A DNA stretch of 64,000 nucleotides from Candidatus Magasanikbacteria bacterium CG10_big_fil_rev_8_21_14_0_10_36_32 (GTDB lineage: Bacteria > Patescibacteriota > Patescibacteriia > Magasanikbacterales > GWA2-37-8). Both the position numbers and the translations under genes were made by a program. This document shows, in pieces, positions 43,001 through 50,767 of this stretch; position 1 is the stretch's first letter; every line of letters starts with the position of its first letter. The notes beneath the pieces were generated by a model. That model did not search any database. It worked only from the letters and a program-made list of their open reading frames with translations, and was not told the origin of the DNA. The stretch spans positions 2,397-66,396 of the forward strand of contig PFBV01000003.1 in the NCBI GenBank assembly GCA_002778465.1. The letters are read 5' to 3'.

Positions 43001-44565
43001 TTTTGTAAAAATTCTTTATAAAGACCGACGATTTTTTCTTCAACTCTCCACTTTCTTGACCTTTGAGTATCTGAACTATTTTTTAAAGTCAAAGCCACTG
43101 TCAAGCGTTGTTCTAACATTTTTATTGTCCGACTGACAATATCCCTTTTACTATTTTTATCTTTTTTATCTAATTGTTCCAAATCAAGAGCAATACCGTC
43201 ATAATTATTCCAAGCCGTATCATCCTGCCGTTCATGAAAAAATTTAGCAATTGAAGCAATATCAACGTTTTTAGGAATTTCAATTTCTTCCAAAATTTCT
43301 TTATTTTCTGAAACTTCCGACTTTAAAGAAACTTCTTCAATGTGTTTCTCGTCCGGTTTTTCTGTTATAACTTCTTTCGATTTTTCAGCTTCTTTAGATA
43401 TGACCGGTGCAGATACTTTTACTTCTTCTTTAACAATCGACGGCAAATCAACTTTCTCCTCCGTTTTAGCCGGCGGTTGAATAACGGACAATTCTGTCGG
43501 AATTGTACTAATTTTTTGTCTGGCCGCTTCTAATTGTTCTTGCCATGTTAAAATTTTACCGTCAGTTTTTGGCGTAACCGGCTTTAATTTTTTCTCCCGC
43601 GGCTTAATTGCCGGTTTTTCTATTTTTGCTTTTATTGTTTCTGCCGGTTTTTCTGTTATAATTTCTTTTTTGATTTCTGGTACTGTTTTTGATTGAATTG
43701 GTTCTAATTTAGCTTCCGGCGCGACCACATGGTAACGCACAAATCTTTCAATAAAACTTTTAGCTTCCGCCGGTTTATTAAAAGTCAAAACTTGTTCAGC
43801 TCTACCTTCAACTTCTAAAATTTTAACCGTACTATCGGCAGTTACTTTAATTTTAATTATTTTATCCGGCTTGCTTCCATGAATAACAAAACCAATCAAT
43901 TTATCCTTATTTTCTGTGGAAAATTTCAAATCACAATGGCCTTTGGCAGGAACCATATCAACAGACATGCCATCCGGTAATTTTAACGCGCCAATATTAT
44001 AATCAAAAGAAAATTCCGGCGATTTTTGTTTTTTTGTTTCCTGTACAGCAGAAACAACTTGTTCCGCTGGCTGAACAAATTTTTCAATCTTTTCAGTTTT
44101 CGCTAAAATTTCTTCGTCTGATTTGTTTATAATTTCTTTTTTTGTTTTTGTTTCATCTTTTATTGTTGGAATTTTTTTTGTTCCTTCCAACTCCTCCTCC
44201 GCTGATTCTAACCATTTGCCAACCAAAGATTTTTCAATTTCATCGGATAATTCTCCTAAACGATTCTCCACTTTATTCATCCTCTCTTGCCATATTCTAA
44301 TTCGTTCAACCATAAAATCTTTTTCCTGTTGAATATCAGATGCATCCAATTCGCCGGATATATCCTCTAATTCTTTCAAAACTTTTTCTATTTCCGCTTT
44401 ATAATCTTTTTCTATCTGATAAAATTTCATTAATTCTTCATACTTTTCCATTTCAACTTTAAAAACCGACAATACTTCTTTGTTTGTCATTTTTAAATTT
44501 TCTATTTCCTCCAAATTTTCCATTTCATCATCTACTTTTAAATTTTTATCAACTTCATCACTCAT
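40099..44565 (-). CDS. Large acidic coiled-coil hypothetical protein with internal hydrophobic segments
   Basis: 1488-aa ORF; Glu/Lys-rich N-half, Gly-rich hydrophobic helices in the C-half. Confidence 0.8.
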   Translation of the reverse strand: MSDEVDKNLKVDDEMENLEEIENLKMTNKEVLSVFKVEMEKYEELMKFYQIEKDYKAEIEKVLKELEDISGELDASDIQQEKDFMVERIRIWQERMNKVENRLGELSDEIEKSLVGKWLESAEEELEGTKKIPTIKDETKTKKEIINKSDEEILAKTEKIEKFVQPAEQVVSAVQETKKQKSPEFSFDYNIGALKLPDGMSVDMVPAKGHCDLKFSTENKDKLIGFVIHGSKPDKIIKIKVTADSTVKILEVEGRAEQVLTFNKPAEAKSFIERFVRYHVVAPEAKLEPIQSKTVPEIKKEIITEKPAETIKAKIEKPAIKPREKKLKPVTPKTDGKILTWQEQLEAARQKISTIPTELSVIQPPAKTEEKVDLPSIVKEEVKVSAPVISKEAEKSKEVITEKPDEKHIEEVSLKSEVSENKEILEEIEIPKNVDIASIAKFFHERQDDTAWNNYDGIALDLEQLDKKDKNSKRDIVSRTIKMLEQRLTVALTLKNSSDTQRSRKWRVEEKIVGLYKEFLQKLLEELPEEKEINLEEIKQETEIKEPVVEIIEPVAESFVEDGSIEINVDDEILAECQERNKLIEELKNQLTEVRKNLVTALANRERAGGVFGTIKTWLGSTREEVAEIEYDNIWAVYERVQKELLSASELQAESLKKFLDNESKNLQKKLGEHYKSKENIVAKVWKRLGEMNLYNYLEKKNKEVLSKEKSGEIVRGWDKFWSNRGAELSQSGLWAKLGAKALSVRLGISLGLLGVGLYEVPGLVSSHVYIGARTAFVGTGSIFGSRAAADTLQNIGQRWLGKRGEIFSSCDEAELVWRNRLGLAEEATGGDLELPSGGESDAKTEKRHKKLEKAMEKVEATISLIMDLQPEDRLKEIQHRIAAIEAYAYVNGFDLNKDENYQRLTHFRDQIIQEILKSKAVEIGDARDIIRPDSLVDALAYLESRKQELDILGGKITGEKQLRWGKRIVSSVIGVAGGCLAYLNMLGKAAAIETEHHTVGGKIIDGGAVTGEPKTVTDELVDKYNYPAEGMAESTQEQIKALLNGWEQRGLSAGAIGCVVENGLTEGEIADINRLLSGVAGHREVLASISRILEGGADSSKVLKSMLVQTARGSNNIEGLLQKQLKIDPEAYGYNPKNGLSVDKWADHQASVLTHEQHLDDKYFVFNKNRDQFVILRPDGKIELVGKTYVMEHADIEPIKVVSEHEMDIETIDKYFKAEASGDTAVTESMLDDYAKHLTDQEKVWLDKHWQTNEIGEKFLSKDDMNTLQEIQSRGHVFEDVNTGKQYHADQLDIADERSVDVVGEGRIEEQLDTVSTIKSNKITEQPIAAADVVDKKGNILTSETQTEDNLATPAFGPSHPEYIFKKGDLSVNLNFEYGIGGKVIGYNGDFRGFSDSQAYNNFYRTDYIRQAEDIRPLLRAKNLMLSKDGEIFNDLKNNGLSNSGEAEFLKEKIRRTLENLAQIKNTQVHNLFKQDKLVEFGFEEKK

Positions 44566-44579
44566 AATTCATAATTTAA

Positions 44580-44774
44580 TCAATTCTGCTTGGAAATAAA
44601 TTTCATTATTTTTGTCTGCTTTGCTTTATCAACTATTTTTAAAACATCGCGTCGGAGTTTTCTACCTTCTTCTTCCAAATTCAACAACTCCATCGCTAAT
44701 TCACTGCGAAGAGTTTTAATTTTTTCCAAACGCTCTTGAATTTTGGTTTGAACATCCATAATCTTTACATCCAT
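44580..44774 (-). CDS. Small coiled-coil protein
   Basis: Tightly packed in the operon; heptad pattern. Confidence 0.7.
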   Translation of the reverse strand: MDVKIMDVQTKIQERLEKIKTLRSELAMELLNLEEEGRKLRRDVLKIVDKAKQTKIMKFISKQN

Positions 44775-44775
44775 A

Positions 44776-45111
44776 TTATTTACTCCGGCTAACTTGAGCG
44801 ATTAAATCTTTTTTTACCGCCATAATTTCTTCTTGGAGAATATCCAAAAAATTAGGCGCGTTGTTTTGAATAAAAATATTCAATTCATCGTCTGACCCTT
44901 TTTCCAAAACTTCAGTAAATACATCTTGCTTGCGATTGCCAATTTGTTCAAAAATCCTTAATAAAACACGTTGGTTAATAACATCATTCATTCTATCTAA
45001 CAACTCAATCCTTTCTTTTTCCGATAAAAAATCAAGGTTTAATTGAGACATTATTTGTCCGTGAATAAACTGTTCATCGGCCATTTTAAGTATATTTTTA
45101 AAAGCGGACAT
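44776..45111 (-). CDS. DUF5663-like small helical protein
   Basis: L.L..L.E.....L..M...I..RV..RI...F...P....I..EE pattern, recalled from CPR genomes. Confidence 0.6.
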   Translation of the reverse strand: MSAFKNILKMADEQFIHGQIMSQLNLDFLSEKERIELLDRMNDVINQRVLLRIFEQIGNRKQDVFTEVLEKGSDDELNIFIQNNAPNFLDILQEEIMAVKKDLIAQVSRSK

Positions 45112-45207
45112 AAAAAACGATTAATTTAGTAATTATATAAGTAATATAGCATAAAAAAAACAAAGCGTAAACAGTAAAAAATGATAATAAACAAAGCCAC
45201 AAATGAC

Positions 45208-45375
45208 TTGACAAAACCTTCAAAATGTGCTATAATGGCAAGTTGTGAATAGATGGAAAACCTTGTTTTCTATATATGAACAACGCCGCCATTTCAAGAT
45301 TGGCTTATAACACTCTATTCTTTAACAAAATGCGGTAAAACCCGCAAAAACATCCGGTAAAACCGGACAAAGGAG
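45208..45375 (+). promoter_or_regulatory. Cassette 3 promoter, structured leader, boxA-like motif and SD
   Basis: TTGACA-17-TATAAT; ATTCTTTAACAA at 45317; two GGTAAAACC hairpins; AAGGAG. Confidence 0.8.
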
Positions 45376-45382
45376 ACAAACA

Positions 45383-45700
45383 ATGGCACAGATGACGAAA
45401 AACGAATCGCGATTTTGTATCGTTATGCTGCTGGTGGTGTGGAGCGTCATAATGTTGGGTGTCGGCAGCTACACCAGACAGGGCGACCGTCTGAAACTCG
45501 ACAACAACGAAACCTACAACATCATCGCCATCGTGGACCCGGACGCTCCCGGCAATGTGGCGGAAATCGTCATTTCCGAAACAGACGATCCCAACGACCA
45601 CCACTTCGCCTACATCTACAAGGATTGTCTGAAATCCTACCACACGGGAGCCAACTACTTGCTCCAGCTGAGTACCCGCAATTGCATTTGGCTCCCCTGA
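45383..45700 (+). CDS. Cassette 3 cargo: membrane-anchored two-Cys family protein (member A)
   Basis: N-terminal TM; H.F....C...Y..G...C.W; strong SD; GC-rich. Confidence 0.8.
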   Translation: MAQMTKNESRFCIVMLLVVWSVIMLGVGSYTRQGDRLKLDNNETYNIIAIVDPDAPGNVAEIVISETDDPNDHHFAYIYKDCLKSYHTGANYLLQLSTRNCIWLP

Positions 45701-45749
45701 CCAATCGTTCTTTCTAAAAAATCAGCCCCGTCATTTGACGAGGCTTTTT
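45683..45749 (+). repeat. 67-bp repeat (CIWLP end, GTTCTTT, terminator), copy 1
   Basis: Two mismatches to 58570-58636. Confidence 0.9.
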
Positions 45750-45760
45750 CTTTTGTTTTC

Positions 45761-46453
45761 CTACAGATGATATATCACATCTTTTCTTTCCACCACCACC
45801 GGCCAACCATGTCGTTTAGCATGCTTGTACAATCTCTGATTCGGATTAAAACAAATCGGCCGCTCCACCAATTTTAAAACGCGAATATCAGATTCTGTAT
45901 CTCCTACTCCGACCGAACCTTTCAATGTTAAATTATTCAATTTAACCGCCCGTTTCAACAATGTCGCTTTATTAAAAATAATAGCATCTCTTTCACCGTT
46001 CAAAATATTTTTATCATTGGTTTTATAAATCAAACCGTAATATTTATCAAAACCCATCAAATGACAAAACTCATGAACAACTTCTTTCGGCGAATGAGAA
46101 ATAGCCAACAAAAAATAACCTTTGGATTTTAATTCTTTAACTAAATCGCGAGTATAACGGTAAACTCGATTCTTGTGAAAATCGGAAACACGTTTAGCCA
46201 CTTTAAAAAAATTTTTATAAGGAACACCTTTAATGTGGCGATTAAAAGTTTTTACAATATCCATAATATAATCTTCATAAGTGCCGACACGATTCAACCA
46301 ATTTTTATACGACTTGGCATATTCCTTATTAACCGAAGACGGAAAAATTCTCTCTTGAATTAAGGCGTCTAAAATTTCAATCAACAAACTGGAACGAAAA
46401 ATTGTTCCATCAATATCAAACACCGCAACTTTTTGTTTGGTTTTATTAGACAT
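45761..46453 (-). CDS. HAD-IB family hydrolase
   Basis: FDIDGT, ISHS, K, GDTESD. Confidence 0.9.
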   Translation of the reverse strand: MSNKTKQKVAVFDIDGTIFRSSLLIEILDALIQERIFPSSVNKEYAKSYKNWLNRVGTYEDYIMDIVKTFNRHIKGVPYKNFFKVAKRVSDFHKNRVYRYTRDLVKELKSKGYFLLAISHSPKEVVHEFCHLMGFDKYYGLIYKTNDKNILNGERDAIIFNKATLLKRAVKLNNLTLKGSVGVGDTESDIRVLKLVERPICFNPNQRLYKHAKRHGWPVVVERKDVIYHL

Positions 46454-46493
46454 AATTTTTTTATAATTAATGCTAATTGAATATTAACACCTA

Positions 46494-47330
46494 TTAATTT
46501 GCCGTAATTCTGCCGGACAATTGCTTTTGCATTTCTTGCAAATTATTTTTTATTAAAGCTTTTTGAATTTCTAAAGTATCCAATCCACCGGATTTAAAAG
46601 AAGATATTTTATTATTAACGACCATATCTTGAATAATACAATTTGAAATCCACGCTTGTTGCCAAACAGACGATTCTTGCCGAATAAAATTTTTAACCGT
46701 CTTTTTTCCTATTTTAAATTCTTCAATATCACTGTCGTTTATTTCAATAATTTCATTGGACGAAACAGATACTGTGCTATCCGCCAAATTATTTTCTTTT
46801 TCCGGATCAACCACGGTTAAGGCGGCTTTATTTTCCGCCACAACCAACAAAGTTTTTCCTTCTGAATATTCCACGCCAAAAGCCCCCACTTGACCAAACA
46901 CAACCGCGTTGTCAGTTTTTACTTCCCAAGATGAATCACCCGGCGAGCCCACTATTTTTGACCAAATTTGTCCGGTTTTAAGAATAATTTTCACTGCCAA
47001 TGCATTTTTTTTAAAATTAAAAACAGCTTTGTCCAATTCAATTTCTGTGTTGCCACCCAAACGAATTACTGAACCATTAGCTAAATAAATATTAGCTGAT
47101 TCGGACGATTCTGTTTTTAAAATAATCGGCGCCATTATTTCATCACCGCTATATATTTTACGACCCGTCATCGCTTCTTCAATACCATTGCCGGATGATG
47201 GGGCGAAAATTTCAATCCAATTTAAACCCTGTAAATTATTATCCGCCGGAGCATTAATCCGCCCGACATAGAAAAAAATACCGATTAAAACAGCAATGAA
47301 AACAAAAATATAAAATATTATTCTTCGCAT
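46494..47330 (-). CDS. FecR-domain membrane protein
   Basis: N-terminal TM; GS.IRL..NT, L..G.IW, V.T.NA.....F.V. Confidence 0.75.
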   Translation of the reverse strand: MRRIIFYIFVFIAVLIGIFFYVGRINAPADNNLQGLNWIEIFAPSSGNGIEEAMTGRKIYSGDEIMAPIILKTESSESANIYLANGSVIRLGGNTEIELDKAVFNFKKNALAVKIILKTGQIWSKIVGSPGDSSWEVKTDNAVVFGQVGAFGVEYSEGKTLLVVAENKAALTVVDPEKENNLADSTVSVSSNEIIEINDSDIEEFKIGKKTVKNFIRQESSVWQQAWISNCIIQDMVVNNKISSFKSGGLDTLEIQKALIKNNLQEMQKQLSGRITAN

Positions 47331-47402
47331 AATTTTAAATATTCATCTTAACTTCTTATAAGTATTATATTACAAAAAACTATTTATTTCAACACTAAAA
47401 AA

Positions 47403-47439
47403 TTAAAAACCCCGACCGAAGTCGAGGTTAAGAAAGAAC
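47403..47439 (-). terminator. Cassette 4 3' module: GTTCTTT plus terminator
   Basis: Minus strand GTTCTTTctt-aacctcgac-ttcg-gtcggggttttt. Confidence 0.8.
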
Positions 47440-47442
47440 AAA

Positions 47443-48612
47443 CTAAAAAGTCATCTCCAAGCCGAAACCGACATTGTGCAAATCAAACGTAAGATTATAC
47501 TCGTAAACAGCGCGCAAATGGAAACCGCGCAAGTTGGCGGACAATCCAGCCGTGATGAAATCATTGGCGCGAAAAAACATATCATTTTCACCGTGAATGT
47601 AACCGAATTGCGGTGAAATACTGAATTTGTCATTGCCCAATGTATAAAGCGTTCCGATTTGCCAAGTCAATCCATCCTGCAAATTTTCAAAATCGGTTCC
47701 TAATTTCCAACTATCTTTTCCTAAAACATGCAACGGAGTCACTACCGTTCCGACTGAAAATCGAGGATTTTCAGATTGCGAATCACCGTTATACCAAACG
47801 GTGCCGAAATTTTCTGCTGTCACTGCCAGTCTGGCATCTAAAATCGGATCATGAAAAGCGACAGTGGAAGATAAATCAACAGCAAAACCAATTCCGGATA
47901 AACAATTGAAATCAGGCGTCTGCAAAGCGTTTTCAAACGTGGCAAGACCGAGATGTCCGTTAAATCTAACGGCGGTTTTTGGCGATAACCAACGATGCAT
48001 TACTCGACCCTGAACGCCAGCTGACAATTCAATGCCCAACGGCAATTCAAACATACGAGTGTATCCAATCAATCCGCCGATGTCGGAACGAATCGCTATG
48101 GCAGCGATATCCGGTGTGCCGGAAAAATCAACATAACTGTTAATACCATCATGAACGACAGGCAGCGGGGATGTATCCAATGGAGCATTGTGAATAACGA
48201 CATCATTTTCATTGTAAGCGCCAACCGTCAGTCGGCCGATTTTTTTTGTTCCCCAAGAAATGCGAAATGGTTCAACGCGAGCGCGCAAACCAAAATTCAT
48301 TGTCGGTCTTTTGTTGACTGCTATGATAGCGGCCAAAGAATTTCCGGCATTGAACATATCCGAATACAAATCAATCGCATCATCGGATTCCGTCCAATTA
48401 CCAATCACATCCAAATTAAAAACAGAAAATTTCCAACCTTCTGTTGAAGAAATAACATTTGACAAAATACGGCTGTCCAAAGTCAAATCTACTCCGCCCA
48501 GTCCGCGATATTCCAGCGACTCAATTTTTCTGATTTCTCCAGAATCCGCTGAAACATTCGTCACTCCAAAAAAGACGGCAATCGCAATAACCATGGTCAA
48601 ATACCTAAACAT
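47443..48612 (-). CDS. Cassette 4 cargo: predicted beta-barrel protein (TraF/PorV-like)
   Basis: Signal peptide, alternating amphipathic strands, GIGFAVD..RLAVTAENFG, C-terminal GFGLEMTF; GGAG SD before ATG 48612. Confidence 0.6.
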   Translation of the reverse strand: MFRYLTMVIAIAVFFGVTNVSADSGEIRKIESLEYRGLGGVDLTLDSRILSNVISSTEGWKFSVFNLDVIGNWTESDDAIDLYSDMFNAGNSLAAIIAVNKRPTMNFGLRARVEPFRISWGTKKIGRLTVGAYNENDVVIHNAPLDTSPLPVVHDGINSYVDFSGTPDIAAIAIRSDIGGLIGYTRMFELPLGIELSAGVQGRVMHRWLSPKTAVRFNGHLGLATFENALQTPDFNCLSGIGFAVDLSSTVAFHDPILDARLAVTAENFGTVWYNGDSQSENPRFSVGTVVTPLHVLGKDSWKLGTDFENLQDGLTWQIGTLYTLGNDKFSISPQFGYIHGENDMFFRANDFITAGLSANLRGFHLRAVYEYNLTFDLHNVGFGLEMTF

Positions 48613-48666
48613 TTTATACTCCACATCTAAGGCAATTTTGCCTCTTTGGTTATCAAATGACTTTAA

Positions 48667-48719
48667 TTGTTAAAGAACTTACCTAATGTATCCATATCAT
48701 AAAATATAAATGCTGTCAA
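48667..48719 (-). promoter_or_regulatory. Cassette 4 promoter plus boxA
   Basis: TTGACA-17-TATGGA (weak -10); GTTCTTTAACAA at 48678-48667. Confidence 0.7.
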
Positions 48720-48820
48720 TCAATTGTCACAAACTATAAATTAAAAATTCAATTTCATAATCTCCTGATAATTCGTAATTTATAATTTTTTATTTACCTA
48801 AAATTAGCTAAACTAAAGTA

Positions 48821-48867
48821 TTGACAAAATCTCTAAAATATGCTATAGTACTTCGTTATTTTCACAA
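48821..48867 (+). promoter_or_regulatory. Cassette 5 promoter plus degenerate boxA
   Basis: TTGACA-17-TATAGT-acttc-GTTATTTTCACAA. Confidence 0.7.
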
Positions 48868-48907
48868 AATAACCAAGTCACAACGAGGACAAAAACAAGG
48901 AGATGCA

Positions 48908-49222
48908 ATGAAACACAGTATGCGTTCGCTGATTGTCGCTTGCGTAATCTACTTTTTATTCGGAATGACCGTGGGAAGCATTCTCGGAACCAACGGGGTT
49001 GAGGGCCGCTCAACCGAACTTGAAGACGGAAGATATGAACTCATCAATGTCGTCGGCGCCGACCCGATTGATCAAAGTCGAACCGAAGTGGTGGTAAAAG
49101 AAAACAACGAGTTCAATATTCACCGATTCGTGACTATGACGCCGGAATGTTTCAACAACTACAACGACGGCGACAAGGTTTTGGTTGTGATCAATGACTG
49201 GTGTTACTGGCTCAGAGAATAA
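48908..49222 (+). CDS. Cassette 5 cargo: two-Cys family protein (member B)
   Basis: AAGGAG SD; TM; HRFVTMTPECFNNYNDG..WCYW. Confidence 0.8.
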   Translation: MKHSMRSLIVACVIYFLFGMTVGSILGTNGVEGRSTELEDGRYELINVVGADPIDQSRTEVVVKENNEFNIHRFVTMTPECFNNYNDGDKVLVVINDWCYWLRE

Positions 49223-49270
49223 TTTTTCATTAAACATCCGCAATCTCTCCGCCAGATATCCATCCACATT

Positions 49271-49322
49271 GTTCTTTCCTGTCTATTTAGGACAAAACAA
49301 CCCCGCATTAATGCGGGGTTTT
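49271..49322 (+). terminator. Cassette 5 3' module: GTTCTTT plus terminator
   Basis: GTTCTTT at 49271; aaccccgcattaatgcggggtttt. Confidence 0.8.
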
Positions 49323-49326
49323 CCTA

Positions 49327-49372
49327 TTGACACAAATATTAAAATATACTATAAATAAGATGCTCTTTTAAA
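49327..49372 (+). promoter_or_regulatory. Cassette 6 promoter plus boxA
   Basis: TTGACA-17-TATAAA; TGCTCTTTTAAA at 49361. Confidence 0.75.
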
Positions 49373-49422
49373 TTAAACTCAGGGTTTTAAAAACACAAAA
49401 ATAAAAAAGGAAGGAAAAAGGG

Positions 49423-49764
49423 ATGAAAGATTTTTTGTTTATGATAAGTGCTTGGGTTATTGGTATTATGACGGGAGCACTTATTTTTTTTTCGTCGCAT
49501 AACACAGGCAAAAGTTTGCAACTTAGCACTGGCAACTACAATATTGTTCACATCATGGATAAGTCCGAAGATATCAGCGAACCAAGACAAGAACTGCTCG
49601 TGTCCACTATGAATAACCCGACTAAACATCTCTTTGTGACAGTGTCCGAAAAATGCTTCGCCAGCTACTTTGCCGGCGCTGAACTTCTAATTATAAATAA
49701 CGACGACTCGTGCATCTGGACGACCACCCGACGTCCACCATCACCCGAATTTGATATACCGTAA
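49423..49764 (+). CDS. Cassette 6 cargo: two-Cys family protein (member C)
   Basis: AAGGAAGG SD; TM; HLFVTVSEKCFASYFAG..SCIW. Confidence 0.8.
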   Translation: MKDFLFMISAWVIGIMTGALIFFSSHNTGKSLQLSTGNYNIVHIMDKSEDISEPRQELLVSTMNNPTKHLFVTVSEKCFASYFAGAELLIINNDDSCIWTTTRRPPSPEFDIP

Positions 49765-49769
49765 ATATC

Positions 49770-49811
49770 GTTCTTTTTCTCATCAGCCTCACACAAAATG
49801 TGAGGCTTTTT
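49770..49811 (+). terminator. Cassette 6 3' module: GTTCTTT plus terminator
   Basis: atcGTTCTTT..atc-agcctcaca-caaaa-tgtgaggct-tttt. Confidence 0.8.
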
Positions 49812-49889
49812 ATTTAAAAATAAAATTTCAAAATTGACAATTCCGCCATAAGTGGCATAATATTAGAGTAATTATATTTTAATGATTTA

Positions 49890-50702
49890 ATGTATATGCG
49901 CGAATGTGAATCAAATAACCAAGAAATTATCATTTACGGTGATTCAAAATTATCCCGCCGAATCAACGAATTTTCTAACTGTCAAACCAACAAAATAGAC
50001 GAGTATAATTTTACTCAACTTTATCAAAAAGACGAAATAAACAAAGATAAAAAATTAACCAATACCGAAACCGGCATCAAAAACGAAAAATTAGCCGAGA
50101 CATTGTTGGTTGGCGCTGTTACCTGTGAATGGTTGGGGTCGCAAATGGCTGTCGTGCGCCCGTCCGCTTATGATATTGATCGGCAAAAAGTAGACTTACT
50201 GGCCGAATGCGCCGCTTATCCGTCAGAAAATTACGGGGAAGAACCGCCGGTTTTAGCCATCTCCATCGCCATAAATGAACATCCTAAAAAAGAAAAAAAT
50301 CCGGATAAATTAAAAACGATTCCGGTTAAATATTTTCAGTCGCCAATTTATGGAACGCCAAGCGCCTTGGAATCAGTTATAATGGTGAACGTGACTATTA
50401 GCCGAGAAAACGCGAACAAATTAAACAAATTGCTGGAAAATATACAACAACTAATCGGCAACATCCATTATAACACTCAGGAACAAACACAGCAGCTTAA
50501 AGAAATGATGGATAAATTTGCCAATCATCCGACGCATTTGCAAATTTTAAAAGATATTTCAAATCAACTGGAATTTTTCGTCAAACAAGCCTCTGCTGAA
50601 ACAAAAAAAGACGATGAATTAACACCCCGCTTAAAAACTTTAAATGACATAATTGGCATAGCCTTGGCGGAAAAAGAACAACAGCTTGAAGACGGACAAT
50701 AA
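49890..50702 (+). CDS. Hypothetical protein (possible degenerate PD-(D/E)xK-like fold)
   Basis: 270-aa ORF; E..L, S.YD....VD.L.E pattern; the fold guess is weak. Confidence 0.6.
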   Translation: MYMRECESNNQEIIIYGDSKLSRRINEFSNCQTNKIDEYNFTQLYQKDEINKDKKLTNTETGIKNEKLAETLLVGAVTCEWLGSQMAVVRPSAYDIDRQKVDLLAECAAYPSENYGEEPPVLAISIAINEHPKKEKNPDKLKTIPVKYFQSPIYGTPSALESVIMVNVTISRENANKLNKLLENIQQLIGNIHYNTQEQTQQLKEMMDKFANHPTHLQILKDISNQLEFFVKQASAETKKDDELTPRLKTLNDIIGIALAEKEQQLEDGQ

Positions 50703-50767
50703 AACAAAAAAACGACGTAAAATTGCAACGCCGTTTATCAATTCTTCATGAAACAATCATCCAAGCT

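Noticed and set aside
45305-45717. Overlapping ORFs 45305..45643(-) and 45415..45717(+)
   Set aside because: Shadow frames of the GC-rich cassette gene; only 45383..45700 has an SD and paralogs.
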